Source of the DNA: Candidatus Bathyarchaeia archaeon
GTDB taxonomy: Archaea > Thermoproteota > Bathyarchaeia > 40CM-2-53-6
Length of the DNA stretch: 64,000 nucleotides
NCBI GenBank assembly: GCA_049513715.1
Contig: JBEKVV010000002.1
Coordinates: 352,001 to 416,000, forward strand
Direction: 5' to 3'
The position numbers and the translations under genes were made by a program. This document shows, piece by piece, positions 36,928 through 46,997 of the stretch (position 1 is the first letter of the stretch; each line of letters begins with the position of its first letter). Below the pieces are notes generated by a model. It saw nothing but the letters and a program-made list of their open reading frames with translations, was not told the DNA's origin and searched no databases.

Positions 36928-38370
36928 CTAAGGCATGGATTCCAATCTCACGACATCCCGGTGGACACGCAATAGGTACTCGTCAGTCGTCAGGTTGCGT
37001 GATTTGGCTATCTTCCTGATGGCGTTCTCCACTCCGGTACCATGCTGGATTGCCTTCTTTCGTTTCCATACAGTTTCTTCAGGTAAGCCAAGTCGCTTGG
37101 CAACGTCGCGGAGAACCCACTTCCGAGTTAGGTCGTTGCCAGGTTTAACCTTGAGTTCGGTGGGGATCCCGAGCGAGAACGTGATAACTTCTCGGTCGGC
37201 GAATGGGGTTCGCAGCTCAACTCCGGATGGGGCAGTGGCTTGGTCGTCTCTTTCGTAGTTTACTTCAGAGGCCTGAAGCACACTGCGGTACAGCTCCGCT
37301 CTTAGTGCTTTGGGGCCTTTCTCGTCGAGAGTTCGTGCGTACTTGTAGTAGCCGCCGTATAACTCGTCGCTTCCTTGCCCACATAACATGACATTGTAGC
37401 CACGTTTGGCCGCGACCATGGCTGCCCAGTGTAGTGGAACGGCAATGCTCACCTTCATCAAGTTCGGCTCCTCGATCAGCCAAATTACTCTCTGAACATA
37501 TTCCTCAAGCATGTCCGGAGCGTAGGTCTCCAATGTGAGCTGAAGGCCCAGGTCCTTCGCACATCTGTCAGCTGTTGAAAGTTCGGATGATCCTGGGAGC
37601 CCTACGCTGATGAGTTCAACATTTCGGCCAGCGATTTTTGCAAGCTTGGCAGTTACGGCACTGTCCAAACCGCCAGAGAAAGCCACAGCAACTCTGTCAA
37701 CATTCCTAGTGACTCTTCGGATTGATTTCGCCAAGAGGGTAGAGAGTCTCGAAGATGCGCTCGAAAGGGTCAAAGGCATTTCTCGCGGGAGGCGTGGTGG
37801 GCTGCCAACTGGAACCCTAGTCAGTTTTCGGTGAGCTGTTGAGTAGAGCTGGCCGGGGTGAACCCGTTCCGTCTCTTTCAACCCGATTTTCCAAAGAGCC
37901 TTCCTCTCCGAGGCAAAGGCCACGGTTCCTTGGTAATGCGAAACGTAGAGTGGCTTCAGTCCATTCATATCCCGGAATGCTAACGCGCCTTTTCCGCTAA
38001 GAATCAAGCAGGAATACCCCCCCGCCCTTCCAAGAAGGCTGGCCACGGTCGATCTCACGGAACGGTGTTTGAACTGATCACGAACAAAGCGGGCTTGTGA
38101 GCTCTCCCTCGTCTCAAAGAAGGAACCATCAACGGCCACAGCACGTTCCTGTGATGCAGCGATTCTTGCTTCTGGATTCTGGTGTGATGCGCAACCGATT
38201 GCTGCTTGCGGGTCACTTGGGATGGTTGGTTCCAGGGAAGCGGTCCCTGTTTGTGTTCCTCGATGTTTCATCGTTCGCAACATTTCTTCAATGAGGCCCG
38301 TTGCGTCTCCCATCTCTTCGCAGACGATTCCCGCAACGGCACCCAAGTCTAATCGCCCCCGCTCTGCCAT
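36928..38370 (-). CDS. Asparagine synthase family protein (AsnB-like)
   Basis: HRG, RD..G.KPLY, FASERKAL, AFSGGLDS, GQGSDELYGGY, ELRTPF, KKAIQHG. Confidence 0.88.
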   Translation of the reverse strand: MAERGRLDLGAVAGIVCEEMGDATGLIEEMLRTMKHRGTQTGTASLEPTIPSDPQAAIGCASHQNPEARIAASQERAVAVDGSFFETRESSQARFVRDQFKHRSVRSTVASLLGRAGGYSCLILSGKGALAFRDMNGLKPLYVSHYQGTVAFASERKALWKIGLKETERVHPGQLYSTAHRKLTRVPVGSPPRLPREMPLTLSSASSRLSTLLAKSIRRVTRNVDRVAVAFSGGLDSAVTAKLAKIAGRNVELISVGLPGSSELSTADRCAKDLGLQLTLETYAPDMLEEYVQRVIWLIEEPNLMKVSIAVPLHWAAMVAAKRGYNVMLCGQGSDELYGGYYKYARTLDEKGPKALRAELYRSVLQASEVNYERDDQATAPSGVELRTPFADREVITFSLGIPTELKVKPGNDLTRKWVLRDVAKRLGLPEETVWKRKKAIQHGTGVENAIRKIAKSRNLTTDEYLLRVHRDVVRLESMP

Positions 38371-38418
38371 GTTGTTTTATATCAATTGCTAATGTTAGGT
38401 TGACTTCGGGTCTAGCGC

Positions 38419-39789
38419 TTGCCGATTTTGCCGATTGATACAGGCCGATATGGGAGCCCCGAAATGCGCGCGATATTCGACGAGGACATGCGTTTTCAAA
38501 AAATGCTGGACGTCGAAGCGGCCCTTGCTTGGGCCAGAGCCGAGGTTGGTGACATTCCCCGAGAGGCAGCTGATTATATTGGAAAACATGCGTCGACGAA
38601 GCATGTCCCGTTGAAGCGAATCTATGAGATTGAGAAAGTTACGGCCCATGAAACGATGGCCCTTGTCGAGGCACTGGCCGAGGTCTCAGGCGAAAGCGGT
38701 AGATACGTACACCTAGGTGCAACATCTTCAGACATATTGGACACCGGACTCGCCCTCCAAATGAAAGAAGGGTTGGTGATAATCACAACTCGACTTGACC
38801 GGCTTGAGGAGGTTCTTCTTGAACTTACGAAGCGGTACCGAGACACTCTGATGATTGGAAGGACGCATGGTCAACATGCCCTTCCAATGACTCTTGGTTT
38901 AAAGTTCGCAGTTTGGCTTCGCGAAATCAGCAGGCACGGTGAGCGCCTCGCCCAGTGCAGGCAGCGGGTTCTGGTCGGCAAAATGAGTGGCGCCATCGGG
39001 ACAATGGCAGGTTTTGGGAAAAACGCCCAGCAAATTCAGGACTTGACAATGAAACGGTTGGGGCTTCGGGGAGCCGAGGTCACGAGTCAGATTGTGCAAA
39101 GGGATCGTTACGCGGAAGTAGTCTGCGTTTTCGCAATGATCGCAAGTTCGCTGGACAAGTTTGCCACAGAAATAAGGAACTTGCAGAGGCCTGAGATCGA
39201 CGAGTTGGCAGAGCCCTTCGAAGTCGGGAAACAGGTGGGGAGTTCAGCAATGCCACAGAAGAAGAACCCCTGGCGGAGCGAAAACGTCTCGAGCCTAGCC
39301 AAGATAGCGCGGAGCTTAGTTGGCCCTGCGCTGGAGGGCATTGTTACATGGCATGAGCGTGATCTATCTCAATCCGCGTCGGAGAGGTTTGTGATTCCAG
39401 AAGCTTTCATCATAGCAGACCACATGCTCGGCTCAATGACGCACATTCTGAGCGGGCTGTATGTTAACGAAGGCCGTATACAAGAGAATCTGATGAAGTA
39501 CAAAGATCCAATGATGTCGGAATCAGTGATGATTACCCTGGTCAATAAGGGCATGTCTCGCCAAGACGCGCATAGGCTTGTACAGCAACTGGTGTTCGAA
39601 AGTATCGAGAAGCACAGAAGCTTCACGGAAACGTTGCTCGCTAACTCGGCGGTGAACAAGTACTTGAAGAAGCACGATGTTGATTCGGCCCTCGATCCCA
39701 AGTCCTACATTGGAATGTCGTGCCAGCTGATTGACGGCGCGGTTCAGAAGACGATTGCTGAACGAAAGGCGCGTGGACTCTCGGCCTAG
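38419..39789 (+). CDS. purB: Adenylosuccinate lyase
   Basis: HLGATSSD, GRTHGQHA, GSSAMPQKKNP signature, WHERDL. Confidence 0.95.
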   Translation: MPILPIDTGRYGSPEMRAIFDEDMRFQKMLDVEAALAWARAEVGDIPREAADYIGKHASTKHVPLKRIYEIEKVTAHETMALVEALAEVSGESGRYVHLGATSSDILDTGLALQMKEGLVIITTRLDRLEEVLLELTKRYRDTLMIGRTHGQHALPMTLGLKFAVWLREISRHGERLAQCRQRVLVGKMSGAIGTMAGFGKNAQQIQDLTMKRLGLRGAEVTSQIVQRDRYAEVVCVFAMIASSLDKFATEIRNLQRPEIDELAEPFEVGKQVGSSAMPQKKNPWRSENVSSLAKIARSLVGPALEGIVTWHERDLSQSASERFVIPEAFIIADHMLGSMTHILSGLYVNEGRIQENLMKYKDPMMSESVMITLVNKGMSRQDAHRLVQQLVFESIEKHRSFTETLLANSAVNKYLKKHDVDSALDPKSYIGMSCQLIDGAVQKTIAERKARGLSA

Positions 39790-42044
39790 TAATCCTCTGC
39801 TTCCTTGTAATCTGTAAGTAGGCTCTGCTCAGTAGCTTCGCTCTTAGACTTCAATGCCTCCCATTCATCGGCCTTAATCAATCCCCCAACCTGCTCTTTG
39901 ATCTTCTTAGCCAACGTGGGACCGATGAGTGGGACGTTCATTAGGTCGGTGACTGAAACGTGTTTGAGTTCTTCTATGCTCTTGTAGCCAGCGTTGTATA
40001 GTGACCGCGCCCTTACTCGCCCAACTCCGTCCAGCTCCACGAGGGGGACAAGCTCTGTTTTCACGCCTTTGGCGCATCGGATCTGGAGTTCGTACGTCGG
40101 CTTGAGCAGATCCTTGTGGCCGAAAAGCTCGGCTAACTGGTAGGTCGCGTGCAAAAGCCACTTTGAGGTGTCCACCATTCTCATTATGTCGCCCGGCTCC
40201 ACCTTGTGGACTTCAAGGATGCCGTCCTCGGTGGTTTCGTTGATCCATTCATACAAGACCCTCGCACACTTTATCTCTGAAAGGAACTCCTCGTATGTTA
40301 TTCCATTCGTGTCTCCGTAGTATTCTGGAACTTCGCACATGAACTCATCTTGGTGCTCGCGGGCAAACAGGTCTAACATTTCATCTTCGCCACGGCGAGG
40401 GTAAAGTTTCGGTGCGATGTCAGGTGTCCTTGAAATGAGGTGCAGAAAACTAACTTCGGTGATGTTTTTGGCTCTGGTGTAGAGACCATCCCTCAGAACG
40501 ACCGCTGATACTGGGTCGATGTAGAGTTCTGAGACCCGTCTCCCGAACTTGGTCGCCTTGAGGTCTTGGCCTGCGAATTCCACCATTTGTTCTCGATTCA
40601 GAAAGGACAGGATATCTACGAGCTTTGACTTGATCATCTTTGGGTCGTATTGGAACGCGTAGAAGGTTTTCGCGAAGAACCGTACTAAGCCGTCCTCACT
40701 ATTTGCGAAGCGCGTGGCAATGGTTGCCAGTACATGTGGGCGAAGAACTCTCTCTGCTCCCAGCTTAGACCAGATTCTTTCAGGCTCAGCCATTGCGTAA
40801 TTCTTCATCAGGTAATCTTGTTCATCCTCAGTCTTAGCGATTAGAACGGCTTCTCCGTATTTGTCGTACTTGGGTCGACCCGCCCGCCCACAGAACTGCT
40901 TGTACTCTAAAACGGAAATCGGATACCTGCCATACCCAGGCTCATAACGTTCGTAACTACTGATTATCACGGTTCGAGCGGGAAGGTTGACTCCAGCCGC
41001 TAGGGTAGGAGTGGCGGAAAGGATTTTCAATCGTCCCGTCTTGAAAGCCTCTTCAATGGCCTTTCGGTGCGGCCCTGGAAGGCCAGCATGATGGAACGCG
41101 GCACCATTCAGAACCTGTTCAGCCAGTGTCTCGCCGAGCCTAGTTCGCTCGCCAGCTGAGAGGATCCGTTGGGCAATACCCTCCAGGCTTCGCCGGTCAG
41201 GCTTGGGTGAATACCTCCTCAATAGGGCCGATGCCTTTCTGCCCATTTCCACTGCCAAACGTCTTGTTTCGGCGAAGATGAGTACTTGCCCACCACCGCG
41301 CACGACGTCCAGCGCGGTGTCGAAAACTGGATTCGTGTCTGCTCGGGGAATCACTCTTGAGGAGCCGTCTTTGAATTTGATTTCTCCGTTATGATAAACG
41401 CCTTCACGGAGTGGGACGGGTCTCCATTCAGTTGTAATCGGGTTAGCTTGGAGCCATTCCCCGATTTCTGATGCGTTCTTGACTGTGGCGCTAAGAGCAA
41501 TGAGCTGTATGTTGGGGTTCAGCTTCAGCAATCGCGTAAGAACAACTTCTAGCGTTGGTCCGCGTTCAGCCTCTGTGATTAAGTGAATTTCGTCCGCAAC
41601 CACGACCGAAACATCACCTATCCATGGTGAGCGGTGGCGGAGCAATGAATCCGCCTTCTCATTTGTCGAGATTATGACGTCGTAGTTCGCGAGGTAAATG
41701 TCAGAGCGATCGTAGTCGCCACTGGTGATTGCCACTCTTATCCTTCTACCGGGCGCCTTCTCAATCGTAGTGTACTTTTGAAAATCCTCGTACTTTTCAC
41801 TCGCCAGGGCGCGAAGGGGAGTAAGGTACAGGGCCTTGCCGCCCTTTTCTAGGATCGATTTGAGGATGGCTAGTTCGGCGATGAGAGTTTTTCCCGAGGC
41901 TGTTGGGCTTGCGAGAACTATGTTCTTGCCGTCCAACGCTCCAGCTTTGATTGCGTCTTCCTGAGGAGGGTAGAGCTCATCGTACCCTGCCTTCGCCAGA
42001 ACGGCTTTGACAGCGTCCGGAATGGAGAGTTCCTCGATTCGCAA
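39786..42044 (-). CDS. hel308: ATP-dependent DNA helicase Hel308/Hjm
   Basis: PTASGKT, DEIH, LSAT, FHHAGL, TPTLAAGVNLPA, GRAGRP, C-terminal HhH. Confidence 0.93.
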   Translation of the reverse strand: MRIEELSIPDAVKAVLAKAGYDELYPPQEDAIKAGALDGKNIVLASPTASGKTLIAELAILKSILEKGGKALYLTPLRALASEKYEDFQKYTTIEKAPGRRIRVAITSGDYDRSDIYLANYDVIISTNEKADSLLRHRSPWIGDVSVVVADEIHLITEAERGPTLEVVLTRLLKLNPNIQLIALSATVKNASEIGEWLQANPITTEWRPVPLREGVYHNGEIKFKDGSSRVIPRADTNPVFDTALDVVRGGGQVLIFAETRRLAVEMGRKASALLRRYSPKPDRRSLEGIAQRILSAGERTRLGETLAEQVLNGAAFHHAGLPGPHRKAIEEAFKTGRLKILSATPTLAAGVNLPARTVIISSYERYEPGYGRYPISVLEYKQFCGRAGRPKYDKYGEAVLIAKTEDEQDYLMKNYAMAEPERIWSKLGAERVLRPHVLATIATRFANSEDGLVRFFAKTFYAFQYDPKMIKSKLVDILSFLNREQMVEFAGQDLKATKFGRRVSELYIDPVSAVVLRDGLYTRAKNITEVSFLHLISRTPDIAPKLYPRRGEDEMLDLFAREHQDEFMCEVPEYYGDTNGITYEEFLSEIKCARVLYEWINETTEDGILEVHKVEPGDIMRMVDTSKWLLHATYQLAELFGHKDLLKPTYELQIRCAKGVKTELVPLVELDGVGRVRARSLYNAGYKSIEELKHVSVTDLMNVPLIGPTLAKKIKEQVGGLIKADEWEALKSKSEATEQSLLTDYKEAEDY

Positions 42045-42060
42045 AGCGGGGATGCTTCTG

Positions 42061-45000
42061 TTATGCCGCGGTTCTCTTTAAATGGCCAGGTTTTGGTGAA
42101 TAAAGAATTCCCTCTCTGACTAGCTGCTCAACGAGCCTTCTGGCGTCATCGTCCGTGATGTCCACTTTTCTAGACAACGCCTGGTACAATGTGGAGTCTT
42201 CTACGATTCCGAGCTGTTTCTCCAAGTCCGCGAAAGTGCTGAGTACGACCTGCATCTTATCCCTCAGGCTCTTGGGTTTGCCCGTCATGATGACGTCGAT
42301 GTCGATCTTGCCGGTCGTTGTGTCTATGCCCACATCTTGCAACGACAAGGTCATCAAACGAATTATCGCCCGTGTGTCCTCTACTTCCACACGGTCTCGG
42401 AGGAAGCTTTTCGCCCTAGCTTCGGACAGGCGGACCAGGCCTTCGAGTTGCCTCGGCGTAATGGCCACGGGAGATTCTGTCGAGCCGGACATCGCACGCA
42501 TTTTCAAATAATACTGGCGCACGTCAGCCGCGGCCTCTTCGGTCAGCACGGGGTCGATTCGTTTGGCGTAGGCGATGTATTTGCGGAGAAGTTCAGGTAG
42601 GAAGGGTGGTTCCTCGGGTGGGGCCTTCATTCGGTGCAGAGTAAGGATGTGGTCAGACATGCGGCCGTCTGAATCTGGCTCGGGGGTATCCCTCATGATG
42701 AAGAGCAAGTCAAAACGTGAGAGTAGCGTAACGGGCAGGTTGATGTTATCAGTTATGTTTCTGTAAGCGTCGTAGCGGCCTAGGCTAGGGTTGGCTGCTG
42801 CCAGAACAGCCGCCCGGGCGTTTAGGGTGGCCACAATTCCTCCTTTTGCGATACTGACGGTGTGTTGCTCCAATGCTTCATGTATCGCCACCCGATCGTC
42901 TGGACGCATCTTGTCCATCTCGTCGATGCAAGCAACTCCTTTGTCTGCCAAGACAAGGGCGCCAGCTTCCAAAACCATCCCACCCGATTTCTCACGTACC
43001 ACGGCGGCGGTCAGACCGGCCGCGGTAGTGCCACGGCCGCTAGTATACAGTCCACGAGGAGCTATCCGCGAAACGTACTGAAGGAGCTGACTTTTCGCTG
43101 TGTTATGTGAGATAATCCCGTTTGCTATGAACCTGTGGCCATCTGGCACTTCAATATCGTAGACGTCCTGCGGCTCGTGCTTGATTATGCCTACGATTCT
43201 TTCACTTCGTTGTCCGTGGACCCTTCCAAAGACTTTGGCTGCAGCAGCAAGTATTTCGAGTCGTGTGCGTTTCTTATCAGACGCAAATCCGATTTTCTTG
43301 TGGAATCGGGAAATATCCTCACCCCTGCGTATCAGCAGGCCAGTCTCGATGATTCGAGAGTGTATCCCGAAGCGAAGGAGAAGAATCTGGACGTCCCTGA
43401 GCAGCTCGATGTTCTTGGCCTTTAGTGTGATGGCCCTTGCACCGCGGCCCTTCTCGAAGACACAGCCGTCAGCCTCGTATAACCATTTGAGAAAGCTGGC
43501 AGCGACTTCGTTCCCTGAGCGAAGTATCAGATCAGGTACTCTTTTGACTCGTAGGAATGCTAAGTTTGATGCGATATCTTCGCTTCCAAGTACAGCCTCA
43601 TAGATCCGGACAGTTCGGCCGGGTCTATTCTTTCTCTCCCTGACTCTGGGTGAAATCCCAAATAGCTTCTCCGCTATGGAGACGAGCTGGGGCAGAATAT
43701 CCCGTTCTGGTTCGGCTACTGTAAATCCCACTCTGTAACGTTGAGCCCATCCATCGCCCAGCATGTAACCTAGCAAGGCACCAAGTTCTCGTGTGACTTT
43801 GCCTGGCAGTCTCCCCCTGAACGTCGGCCCCAGCCTGCGCTTCTGCGGTCTGAAACCTGAATTGATAAAAGACTTGATGGTGCAGGGGAACCCTGTCACG
43901 ACGGCGATACGGTCGTCAACCTTGAATTCGTCGAGTCTTTTCCATTCTCTCACGAGGCCATGCGGTCCCTTGCTGACCGCCAAGAGGGGATGATTATGGG
44001 TTCCTTTGATGCTCTTTCCGGTTTCGGTTAAGACTTCAATGACCGGCTGTTTTCTGTAAGCGTGGAACTTCTTAGCATAAGCCCGCTTGGCTCCTCCCTG
44101 ACCAGTTAGGAGTTGGACGTTCAATGGCTGCAAGTGGTATTGTCCAATTTCACCAATCTTGGCAATGGTTCCATCTCCCAAAACAACTCTCTCATCAGCC
44201 ACGAGGCACCCCGGGTCGCCCACGAGGAGTACGTTTATTTCGCTTCTTATTGTGACGCCGTCTGGTAGGTGTTTGGATACGCCTCCGAAGAGTAGGTAGA
44301 GGACGGCTTCTTTGATGTCGCCGTATCCGTAGATTGACGGGGCGAGTGAGGCTATTAGTTTTCGGTGGATGAAGGGGTCTTTGGCGAGTTCCCGAATTAA
44401 CCGTTCGTCTTCGGGTGTAATTTCAACCACTTCGATCTCCTTGCCAACCACGTCCACGTAGTTCGCGTCGAGGAGGAGCTCGAACGTTCGCAACCTCGCC
44501 TTTCGGCCCACATATTCTTGTTGAGCTCTCCCAGTGCCCGTTATCGAAACGCGGTCGCCCGGGCGTGCAATGTCAACGAGGTCTTCTGAGAGTTTGATGT
44601 CCATGGCTCTCGGTAGTTGGCCTGGAGGAAGGTCTTCGGGGCGTTCCTGTATGCGAATTTCTTGGGAGTTCATGAAGGTTGATTGCTTCTCCAAGAACTC
44701 GAAGACCTTGGAACGGCAGTGGGCGCAAACGCCAGGTCCCCGCATCAATGTACCTGCCTGTTCGACGTAGCTCATAGCGTTACACTTACGGCATTGGAAC
44801 GCCGCTTTCATTAGTAGAGGTTTGACTGACGTTGAGCGCACAATAATGCCGTCGATGAGCAGGAGCCTTCCGATATTTTCGGAGCCGATTTTGCGGAGCG
44901 AGTTTCGCTCGGGGAGTTTCCGGAATCTGACCCGGAGTCTCTTTATGACCTCAGCAAACTCGGGGTCTTCGATTTTGAGCTGAGCCCAAGCGCTTCGGTC

Positions 45001-45246
45001 GAGATACTCGAAATACTCATCTGGTTTGTCGAGGATGGAGCGGGCTAAGTCGGCGTCGTGGGCAATTAGGTCCTCGAAATCCACAACCAATGAGCGTGAA
45101 CCGGATAATGCAACATGGCCCAGCCGCTTCCTGTACTTGTGTTCATCCTCGACCCTGAACGAGCGCAGGAAATCTTGGAAACGTTCCTCAGGGTTCTGCA
45201 GTGTGGTCAAACTTACAGTTCCTGACCTAGTAGCTTCGATTTCCAT
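42061..45246 (-). CDS. mcm: Replicative helicase MCM, intein-containing
   Basis: Zn finger CRKC..CAHC, GDPG/TAKSQ Walker A split by an intein, IDEMDKM, SRFD arginine finger; true start may be TTG at 45210. Confidence 0.97.
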   Translation of the reverse strand: MEIEATRSGTVSLTTLQNPEERFQDFLRSFRVEDEHKYRKRLGHVALSGSRSLVVDFEDLIAHDADLARSILDKPDEYFEYLDRSAWAQLKIEDPEFAEVIKRLRVRFRKLPERNSLRKIGSENIGRLLLIDGIIVRSTSVKPLLMKAAFQCRKCNAMSYVEQAGTLMRGPGVCAHCRSKVFEFLEKQSTFMNSQEIRIQERPEDLPPGQLPRAMDIKLSEDLVDIARPGDRVSITGTGRAQQEYVGRKARLRTFELLLDANYVDVVGKEIEVVEITPEDERLIRELAKDPFIHRKLIASLAPSIYGYGDIKEAVLYLLFGGVSKHLPDGVTIRSEINVLLVGDPGCLVADERVVLGDGTIAKIGEIGQYHLQPLNVQLLTGQGGAKRAYAKKFHAYRKQPVIEVLTETGKSIKGTHNHPLLAVSKGPHGLVREWKRLDEFKVDDRIAVVTGFPCTIKSFINSGFRPQKRRLGPTFRGRLPGKVTRELGALLGYMLGDGWAQRYRVGFTVAEPERDILPQLVSIAEKLFGISPRVRERKNRPGRTVRIYEAVLGSEDIASNLAFLRVKRVPDLILRSGNEVAASFLKWLYEADGCVFEKGRGARAITLKAKNIELLRDVQILLLRFGIHSRIIETGLLIRRGEDISRFHKKIGFASDKKRTRLEILAAAAKVFGRVHGQRSERIVGIIKHEPQDVYDIEVPDGHRFIANGIISHNTAKSQLLQYVSRIAPRGLYTSGRGTTAAGLTAAVVREKSGGMVLEAGALVLADKGVACIDEMDKMRPDDRVAIHEALEQHTVSIAKGGIVATLNARAAVLAAANPSLGRYDAYRNITDNINLPVTLLSRFDLLFIMRDTPEPDSDGRMSDHILTLHRMKAPPEEPPFLPELLRKYIAYAKRIDPVLTEEAAADVRQYYLKMRAMSGSTESPVAITPRQLEGLVRLSEARAKSFLRDRVEVEDTRAIIRLMTLSLQDVGIDTTTGKIDIDVIMTGKPKSLRDKMQVVLSTFADLEKQLGIVEDSTLYQALSRKVDITDDDARRLVEQLVREGILYSPKPGHLKRTAA
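43102..44208 (-). mobile_element. Intein with LAGLIDADG homing endonuclease in the MCM Walker A motif (369 aa)
   Basis: Starts CLVADERV after GDPG, block B T.NHPLL, LGYMLGDG and LYEADG endonuclease blocks, ends VYDIEV...FIANGIISHN before Thr. Confidence 0.95.
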
Positions 45247-45770
45247 TCCTCAATAGTGCGATTCAAGACAGTGTAGAGGACGCGCTCCTCAGACGTCAGA
45301 CCCTGAAGAATTTCTTCGGTGGGCGTGGGGGACGCGGCAATCGACACTAACTTGCGTATCCTGCAATTCACAATATCGCGAACCAAGCTTTCACTTCTCT
45401 CGAGTTCACGCAATTTCACTTGATCCTGTTTGCTCTCCTGCCGCAGGTCCGAGAGATGGCGGCGAAGAAGGCAGTAGAAGTTGACTTGAAGGGCGGGTAG
45501 CTGTCTCGAAGCTGGAATAGTCTCCCGCCAGTGAATCTTCGAGAGCGCATTATAGTTTAGGACATCTTCTTCGCGGAATTTTGCGTAGCCTAGCTGCACG
45601 AGTTCTCGTGCGGACCAATATGGCATTTCAACTTCCTGCCCCACTTTGGCCGATGATAGCTTAGCGAGTCTTGGCGAAGTGTCAGGAATCTCTCGTGTCA
45701 ATGTGACCCTCACCTGTGTGTTTTCGAAATCGAAGTCTATGTCATTGACTGTCATCAAAGCTTCCGCCAA
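45213..45770 (-). CDS. GINS complex subunit (Gins23 type)
   Basis: N-terminal B-domain GQEVEMPYWSARELV, FY, R.RKLV, LT.EER.LY; immediately upstream of mcm. Confidence 0.85.
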   Translation of the reverse strand: MAEALMTVNDIDFDFENTQVRVTLTREIPDTSPRLAKLSSAKVGQEVEMPYWSARELVQLGYAKFREEDVLNYNALSKIHWRETIPASRQLPALQVNFYCLLRRHLSDLRQESKQDQVKLRELERSESLVRDIVNCRIRKLVSIAASPTPTEEILQGLTSEERVLYTVLNRTIEEWKSKLLGQEL

Positions 45771-46016
45771 GAATCAACCACCAATTCCAATTCGCCCACC
45801 TATCACGGTTATATTGCTTCCCACGAATTCCGTGTTCCAATCAGTCGAGATTTCCTATGGAGAGTTGCGCGGCCTAGGAGAGGCGGGTGAAAGTGTCGAG
45901 GAGAATTTCGCGTGCGTCATCCGCCGCACAATTCTGGAGGGCCAAGGCTTTTCAATGGCCCGCATGAATCCTGCTGCACTGGAAATCCGTTTAGAGATCG
46001 ATAGAGGAAGAAAGCT

Positions 46017-46997
46017 TTGAGCGAAAGCGGGCTGATGTGGATCGAAAAATACCGACCAAAACTCTTGGAAGAAGTTGTGAATCAGAAAGAAGCTGTTAAC
46101 GGCATCAAAGCTCTTCTGAAGACACCTTCAACAATACCACACCTCCTCCTAGCGGGTCCTCCAGGCACAGGAAAGAGTACCGTTGCGCTGTGTATTGCTC
46201 GGGAACTCATGGGAGAGGGCTTCAGGAAGCTTGTTTTGGAACTCAATGCCTCCGACGAGAGAGGAATAGGCGTTGTGCGTGAACGCATCAAAGGGTTCTC
46301 TCAGATAATTCAATCAACCCCTTCCGGCGTCCAGTTCGGTTTAGTCATACTCGACGAGTCCGATGAGATGACAAGAGATGCCCAGACCGCTCTTCGAAGG
46401 ATAATGGAGACCTCCTCTCGAACTTGTCGGTTCATTTTGATTTGCAATTATCAGAGTGGAATCATTGAACCGATTCAAAGCCGATGCTCAGTTTTTAGGT
46501 TCAGGCAGTTGGAGGAGGCAGAAGCAGTAAAGTACTTGACCAGAATCTGCACAGCCGAAAAGGTGCAGGCTGAACCGGCAGCGGTGACGCGCATCTATGA
46601 CCTCTCGGGGGGAGACCTCCGCAGAGCAACCAACTACTTACAGGTCGCCGCGACCTCTTCAAAGGAAAGAAAACTGGACCTCACCTCACTTAACAAAGTG
46701 GTTCCTGAAGCTGAAGATGAACTGATTCGTGGGATGCTGAAACTTGCACTTCAAGGGGAGTTCATGAAGGCTCGGGATGTCCTGTATGAGTTGATGGGCA
46801 AGCATGGCGTGAGTGGCCGAGAGATAATCAGGGGGGCAAACCGTGCAGTAGGCCGGATTGCTGACGTAACGGGTGAGCGTCAGGTGGAGGTCGTCCGAAC
46901 CTTAGGAGAATGTGATTTCAGATTGACGCAAGGAGCGAATGAGGATATTCAACTCAGCGCGATGCTCGCTCAGCTGAGCTCCCTTGGACGTAAGTAA
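46017..46997 (+). CDS. rfcS: Replication factor C small subunit
   Basis: WIEKYRP, GPPGTGKS, ELNASDERG, LDESD, ALRRIME, IQSRC. Confidence 0.95.
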   Translation: MSESGLMWIEKYRPKLLEEVVNQKEAVNGIKALLKTPSTIPHLLLAGPPGTGKSTVALCIARELMGEGFRKLVLELNASDERGIGVVRERIKGFSQIIQSTPSGVQFGLVILDESDEMTRDAQTALRRIMETSSRTCRFILICNYQSGIIEPIQSRCSVFRFRQLEEAEAVKYLTRICTAEKVQAEPAAVTRIYDLSGGDLRRATNYLQVAATSSKERKLDLTSLNKVVPEAEDELIRGMLKLALQGEFMKARDVLYELMGKHGVSGREIIRGANRAVGRIADVTGERQVEVVRTLGECDFRLTQGANEDIQLSAMLAQLSSLGRK

